In this document: one piece after another, positions 36,599-47,717 of the stretch
How the letters are laid out: every line of letters begins with the position of its first letter
Numbering within the stretch: position 1 is the first letter of the stretch
From: Octopus sinensis
Taxonomy: Eukaryota
Direction: 5' to 3'
Assembly: GCF_006345805.1 (NCBI RefSeq)
Contig: NC_043002.1
Coordinates: 35,092,001 to 35,156,000 of the forward strand
Length of the DNA: 64,000 bases
Notes under the pieces: generated by a model
The model's input: only the letters and a program-made list of their open reading frames with translations
What the model was told of the DNA's origin: nothing
Databases searched by the model: none
Translations under genes and position numbers: made by a program

Positions 36599-39544
36599 TC
36601 TGCTTTCTTCTTTCTTATTTGTGTGTCTCTCCTTACTAACGGTCAGCCATTTTGTATTTTGTATTTCTATTGTATGTGTCTTCATTTGCGCATGTGTATA
36701 CCTCTATGTGTGTCTATGTTTAGTTAGTGTGTGTGTGTGGGGGGGGGTGCCTGTAATATTTGTATCTCCTGTTTATATGTTCGTGTAATTTGTTTTTGTT
36801 TATTTTTTTAAATATTTTGATCATGTGTTTACACCTACTTATTATTATTATGTATGTATAATAATAATAATAATAAATGTATATAGTTATTTACTTCCAT
36901 TTGTTTATTTGTGTATTTTACTTTATGTTTTTAGTTTTGTTTATATTGTAATCAGTTTGTGGGGATCTTCTTCTGTCGTATGCTGTGGTGTGTGCTAGTG
37001 TTCCATTCCAGTTTCCTATTCAGGCTAGGTTTATCTTCTATTATGTGTGTAGCTTCTGTAATCTGTCTGATTGTTGCGTCTGTTCTGTGTGTGGACAAGA
37101 TTTTAACTTCTATGTTGTTGATTGAGCCCCCATGTTCCTGCTTGGCGTGTTGGTACAGAACCGATGAGCTCTTTCCTTCCTTAAGTTCTCTCTAATGTTC
37201 ATTTACCCACTCTTCTATGCTCCATGCTGTTTCCCCTACGTATATCGTTGTCTTGTTACTGCATCGTCCCTCTATACATCTTATACTATAGACTACATTT
37301 CTGGCTTTACAATTTGTTTGTGGGCTAAATCTACACACAGTACAGTTCCTATCTGTACAGGGAGTTCTACCGATTATGGATTTGATAGGGTTGCCTGGCC
37401 TTTCAATAACCTTAATCCTTAGCTTAAGTTTGTCTAGGGCCCTTCTAAAGCGGTACGCCAGTTCACCTCTAGGGGTGGTGTTAACAAACATGACACTCTG
37501 GTATTTATGGCTATCATACCAAGAGTTGGCCTTCCCTATTTTCTTCTTTGTCCTTTCAATAGTGTGCCATGACTTGCTCCTATAGAGTGGGCAAATCCCA
37601 TTCCTATCATTATGTAAGATAGTATCAAATTTCTTCATGGCTCCTTTGTATATACTGATCCTTTCTTTATGGCTGTAACCTGAGAACTGCATGCGGTGAA
37701 CGAAATGTTGTATGTGTCTCTTTAACTCTGTAGGCTCGCACATGCAGGACACATTTTGCATTATTCTGACGAGGTCTGCCATCAAAATATTGAATTTGGC
37801 ATTGTCTGCGATAGCCGAGTTCCGGTGGATCAAGTATTTGGAGGCCATAGGTTTGGCATAGTACAAATGAAGAATTCGGGTTTTATTATTCTCAGTTTCT
37901 AGCCAGAGTTCTGTGTCTAGTACTGGTAGTCTATGGTTAGGGTGTTTAGTAGGGTAGTCTATCATGACCTTAATACTCTAGTGGATGGAGGTAGCTATTT
38001 GCTGAATGCTCTGGTGGATGGAGTTAGCTATTTTCTGAATGCTCTCCATAGTATTAGTTTCTATTTCTATTTCAAGAGTACTCTCCTGTGGGGGTGCCTT
38101 TACCACTATGTTGATATCATCAACATAGCAAGAGTACATGTTCATGAGTATGGAGTTCTGTGTTAGGCGTTCCTTAAGACTTCTGTCCCACCATACCATG
38201 AAAAGGTTGGCCATTTCACTGGCGACACTAACGCCGATGGCTGCCCTCTCATCCTGGGCATATATTTTATTGTTAAACTTAGTGTGGCCTTTTAGGGTAA
38301 CTCTTATACTAATTCCTAGTGCATGTGCGATCATTTTCTTTACCTGATGGACATTTGCGAGGGTCCGTATGGCTCTGGTCCATCCGCGCCACCTCTCTAT
38401 ATGGGTCTTCCTAACCATAGAAGTAATTGTGGGTGGTCTACCTCTTAAATGTCTACTGGGGTAGAAACTACTAAGATCATGTTTATCTAGGTATTTTTTG
38501 TCATATGTCAGTCTAAGTAGGAGGCCCAGTTCCTCTGTGTTGACATTGCGGAACTCCACCTCACTCTCGTTTATCATCTCCACGCACTTCTCCACCGCAA
38601 AATCCACGTCGATCGATGGGTATAGGGATACCACATCCATGCTACCCACCAAACATCCTGTCAGGTCACAAGTGTTGTTACAGTCGTTGATCCTGCTGAG
38701 GAGATCTTCTGTGCTGTCACAAACATCAGGTGACATCCGGATTATAGGGCGTATGATCATTGAGAGGAAGTAGGAGATCCTGTGGTTGCTAGCGATATTC
38801 GCTCCACAGACTGGTCTTGTTGGTGGTCCTGCTACAGGGTCAGTGGTTACTTTATGGTCCTTGCGAAGTCCATACAGTCCGGGATATCATTGTTCCAGGC
38901 TTGGAAATTGGAGAGCATTCAGCAAATAGCTAACTCCATCCACCAGCGTATTAAGGTCATGATAGACTACCCTACTAAACACCCTAACCATAGACTACCA
39001 GTACTAGACACAGAACTCTGGCTAGAAACTGAGAATAATAAAACCCGAATCCTTCATTTGTACTATGATGATGTGGACAATTGTTCTTGGACCACGCCTG
39101 TAAAGTTGTTACTTTCGTATTAGCGATATGAGGTTGCATTGCCTGGATGTAGTTCGGTAAGCCGTCTGTTGACATCCTGCCGGACTTATCTGTGGGAAGG
39201 CATACCACCTCTCCATTCGTCATGTGCTGAATGAGCTTACGTAGGCCACATGCAGGTTTAATCCCTAGTTGTTGGGCCTCTGTCTTATTCTGTCTCTGTC
39301 TCTTAGTGTATAGTTTGGTCCTAGCTATAGTGAACTGTGTTTCCATATGGTCATTAGTACGTCTTGGGATGCAGACCCTTTTGTTAAAGGGTAATGTTGT
39401 CGGGTAAATTCGGCTCATGTTATAAGATTTGTCACATATGTTGAAGAATTGAGTGTCAAAGGGGTTGGTATACATGTTAATGGCCTTTCTAGGGTTATCT
39501 TCTTCATTACCGCTACTACCATTTCTGTTCCCATCATCAACCCC

Positions 39545-40032
39545 ACTACTATTATCACCACTATTGCCACCATTACCACTATCATCACCACCACTACTAC
39601 TACTATTACTATCACCACCACAACTATCTCTACAACCATCATTACTACTTCTCCTGTTACCACCAACCACCACTACTACTACCATTACCACTGCTACCAC
39701 CACCACTACTACTACTATTACTATCACCACCACAACTATCTCTACAACCATCATTACTACTTCTCCTGTTACCACCAACCACCACTACTACTACCATCAC
39801 CACTGCTACCACCACCACTACTACTACTATTACTATCACCACCACAACTATCTCTACAACCATCATTACTACTTCTCCTGTTACCACCAACCACCACTAC
39901 TACTACCATCACCACTGCTACCACCACCACTACTACTACTATTACTATCACCACCACAACTATCTCTACAACCATCATTACTACTTCTCCTGTTACCACC
40001 AACCACCACTACTACTACTACCATCACCACTG

Positions 40033-40065
<33 letters not shown>

Positions 40066-40270
40066 TTACTATCACCACCACAACTATCTCTACAACCATC
40101 ATTACTACTTCTCCTGTTACCACCAACCACCACTACTACTACCATCACCACTGCTACCACCACCACCACTACTACCACCACCACTACAACCCCCACCACT
40201 ACTACTACTACTACTACCACTATTGCTATTACTGTTATTCCTACCACTACCATTATTGCTATCATTCTGA
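39545..40270. repeat. Higher-order minisatellite (about 112-bp unit, about 5 copies) built from ACC/ACT triplets, inside the PLE
   Basis: The marker acaactatctctacaaccatcattactacttctcctgttaccacc recurs at spacings of 112, 112, 112 and 124 bp. Confidence 0.9.
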
Positions 40271-41175
40271 TTATCGCTAGTGACATTCTCATTGTTCCTG
40301 TTTCTGGTGTATGTGTTGTTCGTATTAGTGTTGGTTCTTATGTCTGTTTGTTGGTCCCTGCCATTCCCTTTGTTGTGGTTGTTATTTTTGTTCCTACCAG
40401 TAGTGTTTTCTGTTTCAAGTCTATTGACTCCCTGTCCAAGAATTCTGTTGCATTCAACTTTATTCTCCATCGTGACCCCCATGACACAACTTTTATTCGT
40501 GTCCTTGTGACGATGGTTATCTCTGTGTGTGTTTGTGTGTCCGTTCCCCCTATAATTGTTGTTGTTGCTGTTGTATACGATTTTTTTCTGTTTATGTTTT
40601 TGTATTTGCATCTGTTGCTTGTGTTCATGCATTCATTTTTGCTGTTGTTGTTGTAGCTGTTCGTGTTGTTTTTGTTGCTACGGTTGTTGTTGTGGTGGTC
40701 ATTATTGTTTGTGTTGTTGTTGCTGCGGTTTTTGTTGTTCGTGTTGTTGTCATCTGCGTTGTTGTTGTTGTTGTTGTTATTTGTGTTGTTTTTGTACATC
40801 TTTAAATTCCAACGTATTTTTGTGAACGACTTTTCACTCTCGGATAGGCATTGGATGGTATTCATCTTATTATATATCGCATATTTTGGTGGTAGTTGAA
40901 GTATCAATATTTCGTCTGGGTCCGTTGTTAGTCCCCCATAGATGTTCGCTTCATTGTCCTTGCTGAATTCTGCTGGTAGTGGGACATCTGCTGTAATAAT
41001 TCCGTTTATTATATCTGGATACCTCTGTTTCTCTTCTTTTGCGAGTTTATAATATTGTTTATGTTTTAACCACAACAATTTCTTTTTAAATTGTCTATTG
41101 TACTGGTGTATAATATGTTTGTTCTCTGCATGTATTATATCTATAAATGTGGTTCTCTCTGTTCGTGTGGTGATG

Positions 41176-41493
41176 TTTCTAATTTTGGTGGCACGTAAAA
41201 AGCACCATCCGATTGTGGGCGTTGCCAGCCTCGTCTGGCCCCCGTGCTGGTGGCACGTAAAAAGCACCATCCAATCGTGGCCGTTTGCTAGCCTCGTCTG
41301 GCCCCCGTGCTAGTGGCACATAAAAAGCACTCACTACACTCACAGAGTGGTTGGCGTTAGGAAGGGCATCCAGCTGTAGAAACACTGCCAAATCAGACTG
41401 GGCCTGATGCAGCCTTCTGGCTTCCCAGACCCCAGTTGAACCATCCAACCCATGCTAGCATGGAAAACGGACGTTAAACGATGATGATGATGA
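41176..41493 (+). mobile_element. RTE-tail element inserted into the PLE ORF
   Basis: 8-bp TSD TGGTGATG (41168-41175 and 41494-41501); removing the insert restores the PLE frame RIFITTRTERTT. Confidence 0.85.
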
Positions 41494-42719
41494 TGGTGAT
41501 GAATATGCGTTTGCGTTTTTCTTGCTTGCTTAGTTCTTTGTATATTTTGTTTTTAATATTCGCCATCAGCGTTCTTTTTAGCATTTCAGCTTGGTCTTTG
41601 GTGAGATCAAGCTGTTCAACATTGGATGTGACTCTGTTAATGCATATTTTGGAGGAGACACATTGTTTAATAAACTGAAGCTGTTGAGTCGTCATGGTTT
41701 TCCATAGGCAACTGAATACAGTGTCCTTCAGCGTCTTGCTAGTCTGACTAGGGCTCACGTTGTTATGTTTATATATCTGTTTTGCAAGATTTTTGATGTA
41801 TGGTTTCTTTTATTACTAAGGATCTTTTCTATAAAATTTTCTCAATAAAGCCAAGAGAAAAAGGTGTTTTATAAACACATTCTACCAGTATACGGAGTTT
41901 AAAATTTTTTAGCTACCTAGAAATTGTTAAAAACTGCCGTTCAAACCAAAAAGATCCAGTCTATTTATTTGTAATGTTTAATGTCCACTCTCCAATGCTA
42001 GGATTTGTACATGTCATAAAAATGACTTTTTCCTATCATTGTTCAACATAATATTTTTGGACAACAAAGCATGCCATCTTCTCAGTCTGAAGCAATTTAT
42101 GTTAAATATGAATGAATTTCTTAAAAAATAAATTTTCCCAATATAACGATATCTTGTTTAGCTCAATTCCTAGAATCAATATATTCAGGAAATGTTTTCC
42201 TGTCAATAAAACAATGCTGCTAGATTGTATTTTCACTGTAAATCATTTCCATAGGCTGTAGCTCCAACGCATCATCAGATTTAACAAAACCTACTCACTG
42301 GTTGCTCTTAGCACAATTCATCTATTGCAAACATTAGAACCATTCTCTCTCCACCAAGATTTTCCCTCCAGATGTTCTAGCTAGAACATCAGCCACATTT
42401 GATTGGTGGTGGTGGTGTTGGTGAGGATGAATAACTTAATTTTTAAAATGTTTAATTGAGTCATCATTTTCTTTAAAATCGTTTATGAAAGATTTCACAA
42501 AGGTGGAATTTCTCTCCCTTAGGAACCACATGACAGAAAATGTAAACAATCTTACAAGATCTCTAGCTGTTCATCAAATGGAATTTGAAGCCTGGGTTTC
42601 AATTCTTGGTTGTAGCTAATCAACATGGATTCTGTAAATGCCACAGAAAGAAATAAACATCAAATCTCATTTCATTCTTCTTCTCATGGACAGATACCAA
42701 TAACTATAATAGTCCATAA

Positions 42720-43247
42720 CTATGGATTTTCTCGAATGTGAACCATTTTATGCCTAGTTACACCATATCTTCTAGAGAATGCTTTACCACATATGTCACA
42801 GCGGTATGGTCTCTCCCCAGTGTGAACCATTTTATGTTGTTTCAAATCACCATTATATGAGAAAGTTTTACCACAAATTTCACACTGGAATAGTTTCTCC
42901 TTTGTATGAACTATTTTATGTCTTGTTATGTCACTACTACTTGCAAATGTTTTACCACAAATATCACAGTAATAAGGTCTCTCTTCTGAGTGAACCATTT
43001 CATGTCTCTTCAAATGTACATTGCATGAATAACTTTTACCACATACTTCACAGCGATACGGTCTATCTCCAGTGTGAATAGTTTTATGTTTCTTTAAATT
43101 GAAATTAGATGAAAATTCTTTCCCACAAAATTCACAGTCGTATGGTTTCTCCCCAGTATGAGTTCGTTTATGCCTCCTTAAATTACTGTTGTTAGAGAAT
43201 GTTTTATCACAAATATCACAGCAGTATAATTTATCTCCAGGATGCAT
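42720..43247 (-). CDS. C2H2 zinc-finger protein, 6 fingers, 175 aa
   Basis: ATG at 43247 (MHPGDKLYCCDIC..); six CxxC..HxxxH repeats with TGEKP-like linkers; acceptor tttcag at 43462 and candidate non-coding exon donor at 44429. Confidence 0.85.
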   Translation of the reverse strand: MHPGDKLYCCDICDKTFSNNSNLRRHKRTHTGEKPYDCEFCGKEFSSNFNLKKHKTIHTGDRPYRCEVCGKSYSCNVHLKRHEMVHSEERPYYCDICGKTFASSSDITRHKIVHTKEKLFQCEICGKTFSYNGDLKQHKMVHTGERPYRCDICGKAFSRRYGVTRHKMVHIRENP

Positions 43248-43984
43248 AATTTTCTCTTTTAACAATAATTCCCTGGACGTTCACAATAGCATAACAGCGT
43301 GTATCAACAATTCTAAAAATTGCTTTTATATTAATCTCGTATACCTTGAGCAAATGACCTGTCACAATTTTCAAAGTAGGTGTTTTAAGTTCAATGTTGG
43401 CATTCTTTAGTCAGTGTGACATCTTCCTTTTGAAATTCAGTTTTGAAAATAAAAATAATTCCTGAAATACAACAAGATCAATCTTAATATGGAGTTAATG
43501 AAACTGCAAGAATAATAAAAAATATATATATACTAACGCGAAATATTCACAATTTAGAGTCATTTAACAGTGAATAAAGCATAGATGATTTTCCAGACTC
43601 CTTCAGTAAATTAAACACGAATACATGCACACTGTATACTTCCATGTACTGGAGCACCAATTGATATATATTCACAGGAAGAAGAGTAAAATCTTTATTA
43701 TGACCAAACTGATAGTCAGAATTTGGTTGTAAGTTTCATTTATAGCTACGTTACTCACCACTACTGTCACAAACATTCTAATTCATACAATGATATTTTC
43801 TTTTTACCTAACAACGATGTTTGATATTTTATTAACATATTTTTACAAGAAGAAAAAGAAGGAAGAGAACATTAAAAGTATTAAAGATTAAATTATTCAC
43901 TACCTCACCAAGGAAAAGGAAAAAGGGAGGTGGGGGAATTAAGCAGCAGAAGAAAGGGTGGAGTGAGAAACGGGTTCTACACTC

Positions 43985-44360
43985 CGGACCAATGGCATGT
44001 TTAGCCGCACCTCGCACACGATTGCAAAGGCGTTGCCGCTGAGATTGGCAAGTGACACTCGCTGCAGCAACTATCCCAACTTCGCAGTACTCAGTTCCCA
44101 GATGGGCGGCAGTCATCTCGATTTTTCAGAGGAAATCGGCAGTGCAGGGTCGAGAACACCTGAGGTCTCGATAGTGACTCGCAAAAACTGATAGCAGCCG
44201 GTCGGTCAGGCTCCTGTATTTATTTACTATTCACTCCTCTATGTTACAGGCGGCGATACCTGGGTTTGCGACCGATGCAGCAAGATTGGAGCCGGAGAAC
44301 GTGTCGCAGCACGTCGCGTCCCAGGTTAGGGACCTGCCTCCCTCGTATGCAAAGAGGGTT
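43985..44360 (-). mobile_element. CRE-like (RLE) LINE 3' remnant in the 5' UTR intron of the zinc-finger gene
   Basis: RITLFAYEGGRSLTWDATCCDTFSGSNLAAS and VTIETSGVL..LLQRVSLA..SGNAFAI resemble the RLE WDxTC / ETSG / QR.S..GNA motifs. Confidence 0.7.
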
Positions 44361-44429
44361 ATGCGGTCTATGTATTTATTCACAAGGTAACATTATTGAA
44401 ACATACTTAAAAGTCGCAAGCTATCTTAC

Positions 44430-44470
44430 CTTAACATACCGCTCCGCTGTCTTCTTTCTGTCTCTCCTTG
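44430..44470 (-). promoter_or_regulatory. Candidate non-coding first exon of the 6-finger gene
   Basis: Strong donor AAG|gtaagat on the minus strand; paralogues share the same UTR-exon/intron layout. 5' boundary is a guess. Confidence 0.4.
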
Positions 44471-44929
44471 AATACACCTAGGTTGTTATACATGTCACTT
44501 CTATATCATATATATATATATATACATATATGCTGAAACTACGTAGTGTATAATGTTTAAACCCGAGTCAATACCAAAAATGTGACAACAGCATGGCATG
44601 GCTGACCGGAAGTTGAAAACAAACTAACAGATGAAGACAAAATTAGCAAAACATAGTGATAAAAGGCACAATAATTGCTACAGATAAAAACAACATTAAA
44701 TTATCTTTCCGGTAAAATTTTTGACACTGCTTTATTTTTTATAATCAATTTACGCATGTCGAAATACAAGCAAAATTATTGAAGGAACTTTCAAGGGACC
44801 TAACTCCTCTTCCCTTGTAAAATGTTCTCTGAATTTCATGTTTCGAAAAATATTTCGCTGAACTTTTTTAGTTTAATGATACTTTAAAACAAGTTTTCAG
44901 TATCATTTTAATTACTTTTTAACTAGTGC

Positions 44930-45750
44930 ACTAAGGCACGAGGGGGCGAAAAAGCTGAATGGACCCAAATGAGAGAAGTGCAACGTAGCATATACCCATT
45001 ATGGTCTTTGATGGATCATAATGGGTATATGCTACTTGAGCTCGAGCAAATGTGTATGGCTTATCAGCAGTATTTCGCTCGACGGATTGAGATGAATGGT
45101 GAACAGGAATGTGATTTCAGTGTCCACATCAACGGCCTGCTAGGTAAGGGGTGCAGATTGTTGCAAAAAGCCAATAACACCCGTAGAAATACGGGAAGTT
45201 ATGACTGGCTGCACGGAGGGCCTGTGGTTTTGATAGTCTGCCCTACGAGTTTTACTTTTATAAGCCTGTCTTGTTTTGGAGGCTGCTTGGCAGATATCTA
45301 CCGTAACTAGCAGCAGAAAGGAAAAATTTCTAATTCTGTGGGTTGAAGAACAGTGATACTGCTGAGAAAGAACCGAAACAAAAGAGGTGAATAAGTAAAT
45401 TTTAGAGAAAGCTATCCCTAAAGGGTCAGGACAAAAGACGAACGCATAAATCGCCCCCATTATGTATGTAGCAGGAATAGTCGGCAGTCCCAAAACATCT
45501 ATGATTTGAATCCAGATTGCTAAGTTTCAACAATCAGGGTTTGTGTTCGAGATCGGATCTCTGACAGTGATCACTGTATCAATACGAGCGCAATTTGTTC
45601 AATTATTGTTGATGTCAGCAAAACACTAACCACTCAGACATTTTTGTAAAACTGGATCTCATCCGCAGGTTGTTTTTCACACTTCTCAAGCGGAAAGTGC
45701 ATTCATCGATACCAACTTAATTAAATCATTCATTGGAGACAACCCAAAAC
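44930..45750 (+). mobile_element. Degenerate L1/Tx1 ORF2 remnant
   Basis: Broken frames such as EQMCMAYQQYFARR and GKISNSVG*RTVILLRKNRNKRGE*VNFR. Confidence 0.45.
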
Positions 45751-46004
45751 AGAAGTATACTTATCATTACATATATTATCACTATATATATTACCGCCTT
45801 GACAGCAGTGCCTTGCACCATTTCACACTAGACTAAAACACTTTCTCTTTCGTTTTCTGTGGAAGGGACATGTTCCAATGATCAGACACTCAATTTGTTA
45901 TCAACACCTATTGAGTTAAGGATTGGGGATATCATAACTGATGATACGCAGATATATGTTGATGCTCTCAGCATCTCTAGTGTTTTTCTTCCCAGAGCTC
46001 GTAT

Positions 46005-46298
46005 CTTCGATTAAGATCCGAACGTGGCCGATGCCAGCGCCGCCTTGACTGACGTCCGTGCCGGTGGCACATAAAAGGCACCAACTGATTGTGGGCGTTA
46101 TCAGCCTCCTCTGGCCCATTTGCTGGTGGCATGTAAAAAGCACCCAATACACTCACGGAGTGGTTGGCATTAGGAAGGGCATCCAGCTGTAGAAACACTG
46201 CCAGATCAGACTGGAGCCTGGTGCAGCCTCCTGGATTCCCAGACCCCGGTCGAACCGTCAACCCAGGCTAGCATGGAAAACCGATGTTAAATGATGAT
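46005..46298 (+). mobile_element. Short RTE-tail element
   Basis: Shared modules and tail. Confidence 0.8.
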
Positions 46299-46664
46299 TT
46301 GCATTACAGAATATTTTTTTGTTGTTTTCACATTTTTTATTTATTATTTAGGATCTTTACCTTTTGACCGACACATTTTAAAATAATTTTTTGTAACTAA
46401 ACACTTTCAAACTTCGTATACTTGTAGAATGTGTCACATAAAACATCTTTTACTCTAGGCTTTGTTGAGAAAATTCTTTATTTTAGAAGTTATTTTTTGT
46501 TAAAGTTGTCATATTTCGGTAATTTCAACCAATCAATGACATGTAATCAGCTGAATAAAATTACTGCCATTGTTTGTCAACAACAACTATCGGCAGTGTA
46601 TATTTCGTTTGTTGCTGTTATTTATGACAGCGTTCGTGCATTTGTACTGGTTTTAGCTTTAAGG

Positions 46665-46720
46665 TTTTAGGGCTAGGGTTTTAGAGTTAGGGTTAGGGTT
46701 GGGGTTTTAGGGTTAGAGTT
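46665..46720. repeat. Degenerate interstitial TTAGGG-like tract
   Basis: ttagggctagggttttagagttagggttagggttggggttttagggttagag. Confidence 0.75.
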
Positions 46721-46929
46721 ACGCAAAAAAAAAAGTGAAAAATGAAGCATGAACGATTATGGTGGTTCCATGAAGTAAACATGCTTCAGATACACTCGTT
46801 TATTCATACAAACGTAGCTGAGAAGAAAACGGAGAGGGGGAAAATGAGAGAGAAAAAAAACATCAATGCAGAGCCAAATGCTTCAGTCGGTCGCACACCA
46901 CAAGGTTCAACGGAACATACAGAAGCAAG

Positions 46930-46990
46930 CTAGCACGCGCGCAGCATTACTACGGGTGATGGCGAGGCCAAGACGTTGGTAAAGCTAAGC
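46930..46990 (+). promoter_or_regulatory. Candidate non-coding first exon of the 31-finger gene
   Basis: CpG-rich stretch ending in donor AAGC|gtgagt (46991); acceptor tttttcag|aatt at 47696, 21 nt before the ATG. Confidence 0.5.
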
Positions 46991-47717
46991 GTGAGTCGCC
47001 AACTACAAGAACTTCGCCGTTAGAACTTCATTACAGACTGGAAAAAATGGTTCATTAACAGGTCCCGATACTTAAGTATTTTATTCCGTTTTGCTACGGA
47101 AGCAGTGAGCCTCCCATTTACCGCAGCATCCAGGATGTGAGAGGGAGCAAAGGGGTCACAGACTGACATCCCAGATGAGGCACCTACCACTTACCTAGGG
47201 ACAAAATGTCTAGCTTTTTATGGCAGTCGAATAACTCCAATTCAATAGAAATTTCAACAGACCTATGGTAAAAGACTTTCTTACCATCATCATCCGGTTT
47301 TTATTTATACATTGTCAAATATGTCTTTCAGCGTGTGATTTTTTAGTACCGAAGAAAGAAAAAAATATTTAAAAAATTCTGTCCGTAAATCTATTCTAGC
47401 ATATTAAGTTCATTCCTAAAGCCCCCACCCCGTTGATAAGTAATAGTAATCTTGGATGATTTTATTAAATTTCTTCATGCGTTTGATATAAATTGAAGGT
47501 GTTTCTGAATTAAATTATGTTAGGGACTTTTAGCATGTCACCGGTGTCATTTTGACGAGGGAAACATTGTTATTGACACCGTCTACTTAATATCCTAATG
47601 TTTTGTTCAGTGAATTGATTTATATTGTATAAACTCTCTAGAAAAATGTTTTTAACCATAATAGATTGTATTCACACACATTTCTCAGTTTTTCAGAATT
47701 CCTTGTGAATTTATAAT

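Larger units (their letters stand above)
36384..41795 (-). mobile_element. Complete but disrupted Penelope-like retroelement (RT + GIY-YIG)
   Basis: 11-bp TSD ATGTATGGTTT (36373-36383 and 41796-41806); 33-bp terminal direct repeat (36388-36420 / 41767-41799); frames LQLPPKYAIY..EKSFTKIRW, LPTDKSG, PGLYGLRKDHK..RPVCG, SMDVVSLYPSI, AIGVSVASEMANLFM, YVDDI and VVYSIRC..IYVGET; ORF remnant ends at 36952. Confidence 0.92.

Noticed and set aside
38984-40900. Many long overlapping ORFs rich in T, V, L, H or C
   Set aside because: Artefacts of stop-free triplet repeats.
46665-46720. True telomere or chromosome-fusion scar
   Set aside because: Short, degenerate, one orientation only and embedded in a dispersed repeat.
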